24,631 nucleotides of DNA, taken from the NCBI GenBank assembly GCA_034722955.1, contig JAYEOM010000001.1, positions 38,987 through 63,617 on the forward strand, written 5' to 3'. The notes beneath the pieces were generated by a model, which was given only the letters and a program-made list of their open reading frames with translations, did not search any database and was not told the DNA's origin. The DNA comes from Campylobacterota bacterium (GTDB lineage: Bacteria; Campylobacterota; Campylobacteria; Campylobacterales; Sulfurovaceae). Numbering within the stretch: the first letter of the stretch is position 1; each line of letters begins with the position of its first letter. The translations under genes and the position numbers were made by a program. Positions 1 through 9,139 of this stretch are shown here, in pieces.

Positions 1-284
1 AAAAGATCATCTATAGAATTGAAAAATTTAACAATGTCAGGTAGTTTATTAAAAGTTGAAAGCTTATATGAACTTGAATTTAAAAAAGTTGCTAAAAACC
101 AATCTTGTCTACCACTATTATTTTTTTCAAAATATGCATAGATATCATCAAAATGTGGTGTTAATAAGCCTGTATTAAAACAAGCAATTTTAGTTCCATC
201 TTCTTTTTCTGAATAAACTATTAAATCATCATCATATACTTTACGAAAGTAAAGCTCTTTATGTAGACATTTGTAAGTTTTTTG
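1..284 (-). pseudogene. 5'-truncated DUF3825-like gene fragment (runs off the left edge)
   Basis: My translation of the minus strand: ...YFRKVYDDDLIVYSEKEDGTKIACFNTGLLTPHFDDIYAYFEKNNSGRQDWFLATF...LPDIVKFFNSIDDL. The ACFNTGL, IYAxF, WF and LP motifs match my recollection of DUF3825. There is an in-frame TGA at 285-287 and no ATG/GTG/TTG in frame between it and the window edge. Confidence 0.65.
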
Positions 285-516
285 TCAAAAAGTAGATTAG
301 ATTGGGATAATGACCCTTACCCCGTGGTTCCTGATTCGTCGCAACTTTTCAGGTCAATAGTAGTAATAAACTATTCAGTCTATATTGTTATTATACAAAC
401 TATTAGCTTATGGTTTTATTAAATAGAAAATATACTTTGTAGCTGTTTTTTTATACTATTATTGAGTGTCAAATTTTTTAATTATAGGAAATTGATTTTG
501 TTGTAGTTACTCCAAT

Positions 517-549
517 AGGCATTCAACAACGAGGAGCTGTTGAGCGAGG
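517..549. repeat. REP-like palindromic element or possible terminator just 3' of the DCL gene
   Basis: GC-rich island aggcatTCAACAacgaggagcTGTTGAgcgagg with arms at 523-528 and 538-543, in AT-rich DNA about 7 nt after the stop codon of 556..1260. Confidence 0.4.
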
Positions 550-555
550 AAAATA

Positions 556-1260
556 TTAACTTAGTTGACTATCTTTTTTAGTTGGTTTAATACGAGCAGA
601 ACTTGCTAGTTTATTATTTTCTTTAGTGGCAAGAATTCTCAAAACAGCCATATCCTTATGAAACGAATCAAATTTATTAGCTAAATCTTTATCTTTAAAA
701 TTTTCAATTGTATATTCACTAACATATTCAACTGTAGAAATATCAATATTATTTGCAATAATAAAACTCTTTACAATAACAGAAAATGTTAGTGGAGATT
801 TATGGTCAATTTGGCACTCTTCCCACTCTACAATATTATTTGTTATTGCACATCTAATAGGTCTATTTTTAAATATACTTTTTTTTAAATCTCTCAGTCT
901 ATCAGCAACTAAAAATCGACAAGCATTAGTAAAGCGTTGTGAGTCTGAAGGTAATCCATTAATAGCAAGCCTATAACTAAAAATTTCTTTTTTATCATCT
1001 CCGATAAGAAAAAAACATTTTGTTCTTCTAAATTCAGGATGATAGTCTACAGCAATAGATTTAATATCGTTAATTATTTGAAAATTTTCCAAGGGTCGTG
1101 TAAATAATCTATGTTGTACCAATTCCATAATATTCTGAAAGTCATTATTATCTAAAATACTATTACTTTCATAAGAGTTAAGAATATTTTTATAGTACTC
1201 TAATGCTTTAGATTTTGAAGAGAATACTAATTTACTTATTGTAATATCATATCGACCCAT
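556..1260 (-). CDS. DCL-family (DUF3223-like) protein with C-terminal HNH-like domain, 234 aa
   Basis: Start reassigned to ATG 1260 (MGRYDITI), with AGAGGA upstream. N-terminal FSSKSKALEYYKNILNSY...ELVQH...CFFLIGDDKKEIFSYRLAI resembles DCL. C-terminal CAIT...QIDH...FH...LRIL...EN resembles an HNH/beta-beta-alpha-Me motif. Markedly AT-rich. Confidence 0.7.
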   Translation of the reverse strand: MGRYDITISKLVFSSKSKALEYYKNILNSYESNSILDNNDFQNIMELVQHRLFTRPLENFQIINDIKSIAVDYHPEFRRTKCFFLIGDDKKEIFSYRLAINGLPSDSQRFTNACRFLVADRLRDLKKSIFKNRPIRCAITNNIVEWEECQIDHKSPLTFSVIVKSFIIANNIDISTVEYVSEYTIENFKDKDLANKFDSFHKDMAVLRILATKENNKLASSARIKPTKKDSQLS

Positions 1261-1267
1261 CTTAATG

Positions 1268-1381
1268 TCATTTCCTCTTATAATACTCCACAACCCCCAG
1301 TCCAATCCCAACAACCACAAAGATAATCGCAATCGAGCCTATGATGACCTCCATACCTACGGGTTGGCTTAGGTCAAACAT
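1268..1381 (-). CDS. Small single-pass membrane protein, 37 aa (not in the ORF track)
   Basis: ATG directly follows the ileS TAG, with GAGG upstream. Sequence MFDLSQPVGMEVIIGSIAIIFVVVGIGLGVVEYYKRK*: one hydrophobic helix and a basic tail. Confidence 0.75.
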   Translation of the reverse strand: MFDLSQPVGMEVIIGSIAIIFVVVGIGLGVVEYYKRK

Positions 1382-4132
1382 CTATACTACCTCTGCACAG
1401 CGAGGGCAAGCACTCTCTTCATCTACTGATACAAATCTCCAGCATCTTGGGCATTTGGCTTGTGTGGCTTTGTGTACAGTAAAGGTTGCTCCTTCTACTT
1501 CAAAGCTAGCTATCTGCTCACCACTGCACTCCCTCTTAAGAGCAGAGACAACAAACCAATCCTCTAAATCCTTACTATCATTAATAGTAAACTTATCTAC
1601 TTCTCCTGCTATCTCTACTTCAAGTGTAGACTTCATCACTTTCTCTTTTTTGAGTCTATCTACAGCTTCAGAGAACTTCTCTCTAGCAAGTATTAGTATA
1701 GCATCATCAAAACTAGAGCTAACCTCTGGCAACTCCTCATAGACTAGGTCAAAGATATTTTCCATATCACCCTTGAATAGAGCAGGAGCATAGTCAAGTA
1801 TCTCGTCAGCTGTATAGGTGAGTACTGGGACTACTAGGGCTAACATAGAGCGAGAGATGAGAAACATCGCTGACTGTGTGGCTCTTCTTGTGGTGCTATC
1901 TTTGGCTTCGCAGTATAGGCGGTCTTTGGTGATATCCATATAGATACCACTAAGTTCATTGGTGATGAAGTGGTTAAGCGTAGCAAACCCACGGAGGAAA
2001 TCGTAGTTATCAAACGACTCTTTGACTTCACCTAGTACGGCTTTTGCTTTGGTGAGTATCCATCTATCTAGTTCACCATATTTATCTACAGATACTACAG
2101 CGTCCAAGTCATCGACATTGGCTAGGAGAAATCTAAAGGTATTGCGGATTTTACGGTACTGCTCTGCGGTTTGCTTGAGGATACCATCAGAGATTTTAAG
2201 GTCACTTTGATAATCACTCAAAGCTACCCATAGACGGAGTATCTCTGAGCCATACTGCTTGGTGACTTTGTCAGGGGCTACTACATTGCCTTTGGATTTA
2301 CTCATCTTCTCACCCTTCTCATCGACGGTAAATCCGTGAGTAAGGAGTGTTTTGTATGGGGATTTGTGGTTGATGGCTGCACTTAGTAGTAGTGATGACT
2401 GGAACCAACCTCTATGCTGGTCGCTTCCCTCCATATAGAGTGAAGATGGGTAAGCTCCTGCGTCATAGTTACGGCTTCTTAGAACAGAGTTCCAAGTAGA
2501 ACCACTATCAAACCAGACATCAAGTATATCATCTATCTTCTCTAGCTCATCAGGTTGGTATCCACTTCCTGGGTAGAGTAGCTGTGAAATCTCCATATCA
2601 TACCAAGCATCTGCACCAAATTGGTCAAATATCATAGCGATGAAGTTGACAACTTTCTCATCAAAGATTACCTCTTTGGTAGCCTTGACGCGGAAAAATG
2701 CTATCGGTACACCCCAAGATCTTTGACGAGAGATACACCAGTCAGGTCGTCCCTCTATCATCGGTTTGAGTCTATTTTTGGAGCTCTCTGGGTGGAACTC
2801 TACACCCTCTATAGAGTCTAGGGCTATATCTCGTAGGCTTTTCTCTTCGCCTGTAGGGTTGTCATCTATAGAGATGAACCACTGGTTTGTTGCACGATAG
2901 ATGAGTGGCTTTTTGGTTCTCCAGCAGTGTGGGTAGGAGTGGGTGAATTTGCCTACTTTGAGTAGGTTTTCACCGAGGAGTTCTAGTATAGGTTCGTTGG
3001 CTTTGAAGATATGCATCCCTACGAACTCTTCAGGGTTTGGCAAGAGGTTGAGTCCTACTACAGACTCATCGAAACAGCCTCTCTCATCAACAGGCATCAC
3101 CACTTCAAGACCATTTTTGAGACCCACACGATAATCATCCTCACCGTGACCAGGGGCTGTGTGTACACATCCTGAGCCACCATCAAGCATTACATGCTCG
3201 CCCAATACAACTTTTGAACTTCTTCCATTTAGTGGATTTATTGTCTCTAGTCTATCAAACTCTAGTGCCAAAAACTCTTTGAGAGCGTGAGGAGATACTA
3301 CACCCTCTTCTGCCATCGCCTCATAGCGAGACGCGGCTACTATATGACCATCTTCACTCAAGATATAAGTCTCATCGGGATTGAGTGAGATACCTGTATT
3401 TGATGGAAGTGTCCAAGGTGTTGTTGTCCAGATAACAAGACCTGCTTTACCCTCAATACCTAATTTCGACTTAGCATCATCGCTAAGCTCAAAATGGACA
3501 TAGAGTGAGTAGTCCTCTTTATCTTGGTACTCTACCTCAGCGTCAGCAAGTGCTGTCCGTGCTGCCCACGACCAAAATATCGGCTTGTGTCGCTCTACAA
3601 GCAGACCTTTTTGTGCTACTTCGCAAAGTGTACGGTAGATATTTGCTTCAAATTTGAAATCCATCGTCACATAGGGGTTTTTCCAGTCAGCTATACAGCC
3701 TAGAGATTTGAATCCCTCTTTTTGTATATCGACAAACTTTGTCGCATGTTGACGGCAAAGCTCACGGAACTTGGCTGTAGGCATCGCCTCTTTTTTGCTC
3801 TTTCCTAGCTTCTCTTCTACTTTCTGTTCTATTGGCAAACCATGACAATCCCAACCTGGAGTCATTCGTACGGCTTTGCCTTGAAAGTAGTTGTACTTCA
3901 ATATAATGTCTTTGAGGATTTTGTTGAGTGCATGACCTATATGGATATCACCGTTAGCATAGGGAGGTCCATCGTGGAGAGTGAAGAGTTCTGCCCCCTC
4001 TCTTTTGCTCTTCATCTGCTCATAGATACCAGCGTCAAACCACTGTCTGTATCGTTTTGGTTCATTAGTGGGTAGATTGCCACGCATAGGGAAATTGCTC
4101 TTTGGGAGTAGTAGTGTATCTTTGAAATCCAT
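1382..4132 (-). CDS. ileS: Isoleucine--tRNA ligase (type 1)
   Basis: HDGPPYANGDIHIGH, GWDCHGLPIE, WTTTPWT, DWCISRQRSWG, KMSKS and C-terminal CPRC..CPRC zinc motif. Start taken as ATG 4132 (MDFKDTLLLP). Confidence 0.99.
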   Translation of the reverse strand: MDFKDTLLLPKSNFPMRGNLPTNEPKRYRQWFDAGIYEQMKSKREGAELFTLHDGPPYANGDIHIGHALNKILKDIILKYNYFQGKAVRMTPGWDCHGLPIEQKVEEKLGKSKKEAMPTAKFRELCRQHATKFVDIQKEGFKSLGCIADWKNPYVTMDFKFEANIYRTLCEVAQKGLLVERHKPIFWSWAARTALADAEVEYQDKEDYSLYVHFELSDDAKSKLGIEGKAGLVIWTTTPWTLPSNTGISLNPDETYILSEDGHIVAASRYEAMAEEGVVSPHALKEFLALEFDRLETINPLNGRSSKVVLGEHVMLDGGSGCVHTAPGHGEDDYRVGLKNGLEVVMPVDERGCFDESVVGLNLLPNPEEFVGMHIFKANEPILELLGENLLKVGKFTHSYPHCWRTKKPLIYRATNQWFISIDDNPTGEEKSLRDIALDSIEGVEFHPESSKNRLKPMIEGRPDWCISRQRSWGVPIAFFRVKATKEVIFDEKVVNFIAMIFDQFGADAWYDMEISQLLYPGSGYQPDELEKIDDILDVWFDSGSTWNSVLRSRNYDAGAYPSSLYMEGSDQHRGWFQSSLLLSAAINHKSPYKTLLTHGFTVDEKGEKMSKSKGNVVAPDKVTKQYGSEILRLWVALSDYQSDLKISDGILKQTAEQYRKIRNTFRFLLANVDDLDAVVSVDKYGELDRWILTKAKAVLGEVKESFDNYDFLRGFATLNHFITNELSGIYMDITKDRLYCEAKDSTTRRATQSAMFLISRSMLALVVPVLTYTADEILDYAPALFKGDMENIFDLVYEELPEVSSSFDDAILILAREKFSEAVDRLKKEKVMKSTLEVEIAGEVDKFTINDSKDLEDWFVVSALKRECSGEQIASFEVEGATFTVHKATQAKCPRCWRFVSVDEESACPRCAEVV

Positions 4133-4301
4133 AATTAGTAGTACCTTCAGTTTATATATTGCCGTGAGTATAGCCAAAAGTTGGTTAATGTTGTGATTTT
4201 ATGGGTATCTGTAGAGTATAGTTTGGTTTGATAATATACTTTTAACGAGTAAGTATCTATATTATGATAAACTTATCGTCAGTTTACCCCAAGGAGATAT
4301 C

Positions 4302-4853
4302 TTGAAAAAATCTATTATCGTTATGATGGTTTTACTCTTTTCTGCAGCCTTTGTAACTGCTGCTCCGCCCAATCCACACACCTTTGTACCCAATCGTGCA
4401 GCTAAGCCTAGTATAGTTCTTGCAAAGTATATGAGAGCAAATATCAGTGGCGGTATACGCAATTTTATCTTTGTGTGGAACCGCTCTTATGATAATCCTA
4501 CTCTACAGGTTGCTGATATGATGAAGATCTTTGACACTTTGAGCAATTCACCTGTCCTGCCAAAACAGATGCTAGAAAATCAAGAGTTTCAACTCTATCG
4601 ACTGCTTGACACCAAAAAGATGCTCAAGGCATTAGATAGATACCAAAAAACTCTCAAAACAGGATTTCGCTCACTATTTGAGTACTCCAGCCTAATAGTA
4701 GGTACAAAAGATGGGAGCATGAACAAAGCTTATAAAAAGATGAATAGAGATATGAAAAAAGTTGTGAAGAGTTACAACCACCTTGCCAAGGTAACTAACA
4801 AGCAGTATGGACAAAATATAATGCCGTACTATGAGTTGAATTATAAAAAGTAA
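4302..4853 (+). CDS. Secreted hypothetical protein, 183 aa
   Basis: AAGGAGA RBS before a TTG start and a classical signal peptide (MKKSIIVMMVLLFSAAFVTA). No family recognised. Ends 12 nt before the ubiD-family gene. Confidence 0.8.
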   Translation: MKKSIIVMMVLLFSAAFVTAAPPNPHTFVPNRAAKPSIVLAKYMRANISGGIRNFIFVWNRSYDNPTLQVADMMKIFDTLSNSPVLPKQMLENQEFQLYRLLDTKKMLKALDRYQKTLKTGFRSLFEYSSLIVGTKDGSMNKAYKKMNRDMKKVVKSYNHLAKVTNKQYGQNIMPYYELNYKK

Positions 4854-4865
4854 AGGAGAGAGCTG

Positions 4866-6686
4866 ATGGAAGATGTCGTAGGATGGCTCAAGGAGAATGG
4901 AAAGCTCAAAGTGATAGATGAGCCTTTGGATGTAGTGCTTGAGATTCCTCATGTGGCTTATATAGAAGTCAAGAGTGAGGATTCTCGTCCACTGCTTTTT
5001 ACTCATCCTATCAATAGAGAGTTAGGTATAGAGTATGATATGCCTGTCCTGATGAATATCTTTGCCAACGCAGAGGTGACTCAGAGGCTATTTGGTCGTC
5101 ATCCGGATGAGATAGCAGATGGGATAGATGAACTCCTAAAGCTCAAACCTCCTCAAGGGTGGAGAGCCAAACTATCGATGATACCTAAACTTTTTTCTCT
5201 TAAAAATGTCTTTCCCAAGCGTTTGCCATTTAGAGGGGAGTGCCAAGAGATCATCACCCCAAAAACGGAAGTTGACCTCGATAAACTGCCTATATTGAAG
5301 ACTTGGGAGGAGGATGGCGGACCCTTTATCACGATGGGGCAGGTCTATACACAAAGCTTGGATGGATCGATGCAAAATCTAGGAATGTACCGCCTGCAGC
5401 AGTATGATAAAAATAGGCTAGGTATGCACTGGCAGATACACAAAGATGCTTCTCACTTTTTTGATCAGTACCAGAGAGCTGGGAAAAAGATGCCTGTGAC
5501 AGTCGCTATCGGTGGTGATCCACTCTATATCTGGTGTGGGCAAGCACCTATGCCACATGGGATGTTTGAAATGCTACTGTATGGTTTTGTACGAGGCAAA
5601 AATGCTCAGCTGGTCAAATCTATCACTAACGATATCTATATACCACGGGATGTAGATGTGGTGATAGAGGGATTTGTAGATCCCAAACTCACAGAGATAG
5701 AGGGCCCATTCGGAGATCATACCGGATACTATACACTCAAAGAGCCTTTCCCCGTCATGGAGGTTGAGAGAGTCACTATGAAGAAAAATCCTGTTTTCCA
5801 AGCGACTGTCGTAGGCAAACCACCGCTAGAAGACAAATATATGGGTTGGGCAACAGAGCGGATCTTTCTGCCTATGCTCAAGCCTATGGCACCTGATCTC
5901 ATCGACTACAATATGCCTGAAAATGGTGTCTTTCACAATCTCATACTAGCCAAGATGAAAACCCTCTATAGAGGACATGCACAACAATTTATGCATGCTT
6001 TCTGGGGTGTTGGTCAGATGAGTTTTGTCAAACATGCTATCTTTGTGGGGGAGGATGCCCCAGAGTTAGAGGAGTTCGAAGCTCTAACCAAGCATATCCT
6101 CAACAGAGTAGACAGAGATAAGATACTGATCACCCAAGGTATAGTCGATCAGTTGGATCACTCCTCTCCAGAGCAGTTAGTTGGTGGCAAACTAGGTATA
6201 GATGCCACAGGCGATGAGGTAGAGAGTGGTCTCTCCTCACCACTGAGCGACAGTGAACTTCTCACGAAGATGCAAGCGATAGATAGTGATATCATCAATC
6301 TAAAGCAGTACTATACTGAGACTAAAACCCCTATCTGTATCATTACCGTAGACAAATCAAAGTCTATGCAGACCCTAATAGAGAGGATGGAGAGTCTCAA
6401 AGAGAGTATCAAGCTTCTGGTTATAGTCGATAGAGCCAACAATGATATAGAGGATCTCTACATGCTAGTCTGGCGTGTAGTCAACAATATCGATGCACGC
6501 AGAGATATATCACTCTCACCCTTCATCGCCATAGATGCTACCAACAAAGGTGAGATAGATGGCTATGATAGAGAGTGGCCCGAAGATACATGGTGTACCG
6601 AAGAGGTGCTAGATAGACTTCAACAAAAGGGTCTTATAGAGATAGATGAAGCTTTTATCAAGAGATTTGGTCTATTGCCATTTTGA
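4866..6686 (+). CDS. ubiD: UbiD-family decarboxylase, probably the menaquinone (futalosine pathway) decarboxylase MqnL
   Basis: DGGPFITMG, NLGMYRLQ, MHWQIHKD, EGPFGDHTGYY, VVGKPPLED, GGKLGIDAT motifs. The ~600-aa form with C-terminal extension is typical of Campylobacterota. Confidence 0.92.
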   Translation: MEDVVGWLKENGKLKVIDEPLDVVLEIPHVAYIEVKSEDSRPLLFTHPINRELGIEYDMPVLMNIFANAEVTQRLFGRHPDEIADGIDELLKLKPPQGWRAKLSMIPKLFSLKNVFPKRLPFRGECQEIITPKTEVDLDKLPILKTWEEDGGPFITMGQVYTQSLDGSMQNLGMYRLQQYDKNRLGMHWQIHKDASHFFDQYQRAGKKMPVTVAIGGDPLYIWCGQAPMPHGMFEMLLYGFVRGKNAQLVKSITNDIYIPRDVDVVIEGFVDPKLTEIEGPFGDHTGYYTLKEPFPVMEVERVTMKKNPVFQATVVGKPPLEDKYMGWATERIFLPMLKPMAPDLIDYNMPENGVFHNLILAKMKTLYRGHAQQFMHAFWGVGQMSFVKHAIFVGEDAPELEEFEALTKHILNRVDRDKILITQGIVDQLDHSSPEQLVGGKLGIDATGDEVESGLSSPLSDSELLTKMQAIDSDIINLKQYYTETKTPICIITVDKSKSMQTLIERMESLKESIKLLVIVDRANNDIEDLYMLVWRVVNNIDARRDISLSPFIAIDATNKGEIDGYDREWPEDTWCTEEVLDRLQQKGLIEIDEAFIKRFGLLPF

Positions 6687-6718
6687 TCCGAGTCATGACT
6701 CTAAATAGAGAAATATCT

Positions 6719-7180
6719 TTATAGCTCTGTTATCTCCTCATCTGGGATAGCTATGATGCGTCTCTCTAGACGGTTGATCTCTGCTAGTAGCTCTTTGGAT
6801 ATAGCTTCTAGCCGAATATAGTGTTCTCTACCTGCTTCGATAGTCTCTTCGGATACCTTCTGTTTCTTGCCAAAGAATTTTGAAAAAAAGCCTCTATCCT
6901 CTGTACTGTAGTACAATTTGAATATCTTCAGATAGACATCGTGAAGTTCAAAATGTAACTCCTCTACGGTTCCCATACACTCTAAACTATTATTTCTCAA
7001 ACCATTGAGTTTTTGTGCATCACTATAAAACCATTTACCAAATTTGCACTCTGTAGAGTTCATGGGTATAGAGTCTTTATCTATATCTATCCCCTCAATC
7101 ATAAGTTTTGCTCGCTGTACCCAGCTAATATGAGCTGCTTTTGCAGCACGAAGCTGATCTAATACTTGATGTTTATCCAT
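6719..7180 (-). CDS. Stand-alone CZB (chemoreceptor zinc-binding) domain protein, 153 aa
   Basis: AHISWV...TECKFGKWFY...LHFELH gives the 3His/1Cys zinc set. GGAGA RBS before ATG 7180. Confidence 0.9.
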   Translation of the reverse strand: MDKHQVLDQLRAAKAAHISWVQRAKLMIEGIDIDKDSIPMNSTECKFGKWFYSDAQKLNGLRNNSLECMGTVEELHFELHDVYLKIFKLYYSTEDRGFFSKFFGKKQKVSEETIEAGREHYIRLEAISKELLAEINRLERRIIAIPDEEITEL

Positions 7181-7296
7181 TTTATTTCTCCATATTTGTA
7201 ATAATAGAGTCAATAGTACCCAAAATAAACTTAATAAAGATAAAATTATAATTATTCATAAACAGTTCTTGAGACTTTGCAATCCTTGGTAAGTTC

Positions 7297-8697
7297 TCAC
7301 TCATTCAGCACTCTTTTGATCTCTTCAGCTACCCTCTCTGCTCTAGTGCCCAATACGATCTGTATACTCTCTCTGTTAGGGCGTATCACTCCACTAGCAC
7401 CTAGAGTGATAAAATCCTCATCTTTGAGGCTGCTGCTATCGACTACTACCATTCTCAGACGCGTAATGCAGGCATCGGTATCTACAATATTCTCTGCACC
7501 TCCAAGTGCTGATATAAAATCTTCCGCCTCTATATATTGAGTGGTAGATTCTGCTTTTTGATCTTCTCCTGTCGTACTGTTTTGCATCTCATCAAATAGA
7601 TTTACTTTGAGGAGTTTGAGGAGTGTATATCCAGTGACAAAATAGAGAAGTCCCATAAAGAGTCCTAGGGGAAGTATAAGGATAGGTTTAGTAGCTAATT
7701 TATAGTTGATAACATAGTCTATAAAACCGGCAGAGAAGCCAAAGCCATGGTGTATATCCAAAAGTTGTGCCAGTGCCATAGATAGTCCGGCAAGAAGAGC
7801 ATGTGCTACGAATAGTATAGGGGCGACAAAGAGAAATAGGAATTCAAAAGGTTCTGTAATACCTGTCAAAAAGGAGGTCAATGCTACACCTGCCAATATA
7901 GCACCTACTTTTTTTCGTTTGGGTTTTGGGGTATGGAGATACATAGCTAGTCCCAATGCAGGCAGTCCAAACATCATCACTGGATAAAACCCTGCCATGT
8001 AGGTTCCTGCACTCTTGTCTCCTGCAAAAAAACGGGGTAGATCTCCATGTACCATGATCTCTTTGCCTGCTTTGATATATTCAAAATCACCTAGCTGAAA
8101 CCAGAAGATAGAGTTGAGAATATGGTGCAGTCCTAGTGGGATGAGCAGACGATTTAGTGTACCATAGATAAAAGTACCGACCTCTCCCAGCCCTATGATG
8201 CCTTTTGAAAAGGCATCAATAGCATCTTGAGCATATGGCCAAAAGTACCCTGCCAACACACCTACACCAATCGCAGCAATAGCAGTGATGATAGGAACAA
8301 AGCGTTTGCCTCCAAAAAATCCAAGAAATTCAGGGAGTTTGATAGAGTGAAAACGGTTATAGAGTGCTCCAGCTATCACCCCCATAATGATCCCTATGAA
8401 GACCCCCATTTTTATATCTTCATCTATAACTTGATAGACATCTTTTGCGACGAGGACACCGATCGCACCAGCTAGAGCAGCTGCTCCATCATGGTTCTTT
8501 GACAAACCATAAGCGATACCGATCCCAAAAAGCAAGTCAAGATTGCCAAAGAGAGCCTCCCCTGCAGCCTTCATAATCTCAGCAGTTTGTCCATCAAAAA
8601 TATCTCCAAAGCCAAAACGCAAAAGCAGAGCTGCCACAGGAAGGACAGCGATGGGTGTCATCAGTGCTTTACCTATTTTTTGTAAAAAATTGAGCAT
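7297..8697 (-). CDS. nagE: PTS N-acetylglucosamine-type transporter EIICB (no EIIA domain)
   Basis: LQKIGKALMTPIAVLPVAALLLR, LPEFLGFFGGKRFVPI, NRLLIPLGLHH, GITEPFEF, GFSAGFIDY (EIIC), and EIIB motif DACITRLR with the phospho-Cys. Confidence 0.88.
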   Translation of the reverse strand: MLNFLQKIGKALMTPIAVLPVAALLLRFGFGDIFDGQTAEIMKAAGEALFGNLDLLFGIGIAYGLSKNHDGAAALAGAIGVLVAKDVYQVIDEDIKMGVFIGIIMGVIAGALYNRFHSIKLPEFLGFFGGKRFVPIITAIAAIGVGVLAGYFWPYAQDAIDAFSKGIIGLGEVGTFIYGTLNRLLIPLGLHHILNSIFWFQLGDFEYIKAGKEIMVHGDLPRFFAGDKSAGTYMAGFYPVMMFGLPALGLAMYLHTPKPKRKKVGAILAGVALTSFLTGITEPFEFLFLFVAPILFVAHALLAGLSMALAQLLDIHHGFGFSAGFIDYVINYKLATKPILILPLGLFMGLLYFVTGYTLLKLLKVNLFDEMQNSTTGEDQKAESTTQYIEAEDFISALGGAENIVDTDACITRLRMVVVDSSSLKDEDFITLGASGVIRPNRESIQIVLGTRAERVAEEIKRVLNE

Positions 8698-8801
8698 TGG
8701 TACTCTCTCCTTGATAATCTAAGATTGATTTTACCCAAAAATATTGGATACTAAGAAGCATTTATGATATACTATAAATGATGAACATGAAAGGGGTAGG
8801 T

Positions 8802-9113
8802 ATGAGTGATATTGAGAGTAAGATAGACAGACTGCTGGAGGATGCACAGCAGCTGCGGGATGAGCTGGTATTGAAAGCAAATTTGGGTGTTGCTGAGGCA
8901 AAAGATGAACTTGATAAATTTGATGATCAGTATAAACTCTTCAAACTGAAGGGTAAAGAGATCGCAGATGTAGCAGGTGATTCTGCTGAAGAGATTCGTA
9001 TCGCAGCAGAGATGGGTATCCATGCCAACTCTAAAGAGGATCTATCTACAGCATTTGAACTTGCAGGAGAAGAGATCAAAAAAGGGTATGAGCGTATCAA
9101 AAAACTTATATAG
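8802..9113 (+). CDS. Small acidic helical hypothetical protein, 103 aa
   Basis: Purine-rich RBS (AGGGGTAGG) before ATG 8802. Contains QQLRDELVLKANLGVAEAKDE. Lies 26 nt upstream of ppk2. Confidence 0.75.
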   Translation: MSDIESKIDRLLEDAQQLRDELVLKANLGVAEAKDELDKFDDQYKLFKLKGKEIADVAGDSAEEIRIAAEMGIHANSKEDLSTAFELAGEEIKKGYERIKKLI

Positions 9114-9139
9114 TCAAAATTTCAGAGAGGGAGAAAAAG

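Noticed and set aside
300..555. Integron attC site flanking the AT-rich genes
   Set aside because: I could not identify paired RYYYAAC/GTTRRRY boxes with the expected internal symmetry, and no integrase is in view.
1261..1332. N-terminal extension of the 258-aa ORF
   Set aside because: It overlaps the better-supported 37-aa peptide in another frame. RBS and composition favour ATG 1260.
1341..4075. Short ORFs inside ileS, and similar nested or antisense ORFs in ubiD, nagE, ppk2, the kinases and the sia genes
   Set aside because: These are shadow frames of well-supported genes with no motifs of their own.
6690..6701. Perfect 12-bp palindrome gagtcatgactc between convergent genes (also atagtatatactat at 10106-10119)
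   Set aside because: Too short, with no loop or U-tract, to call a terminator or operator.
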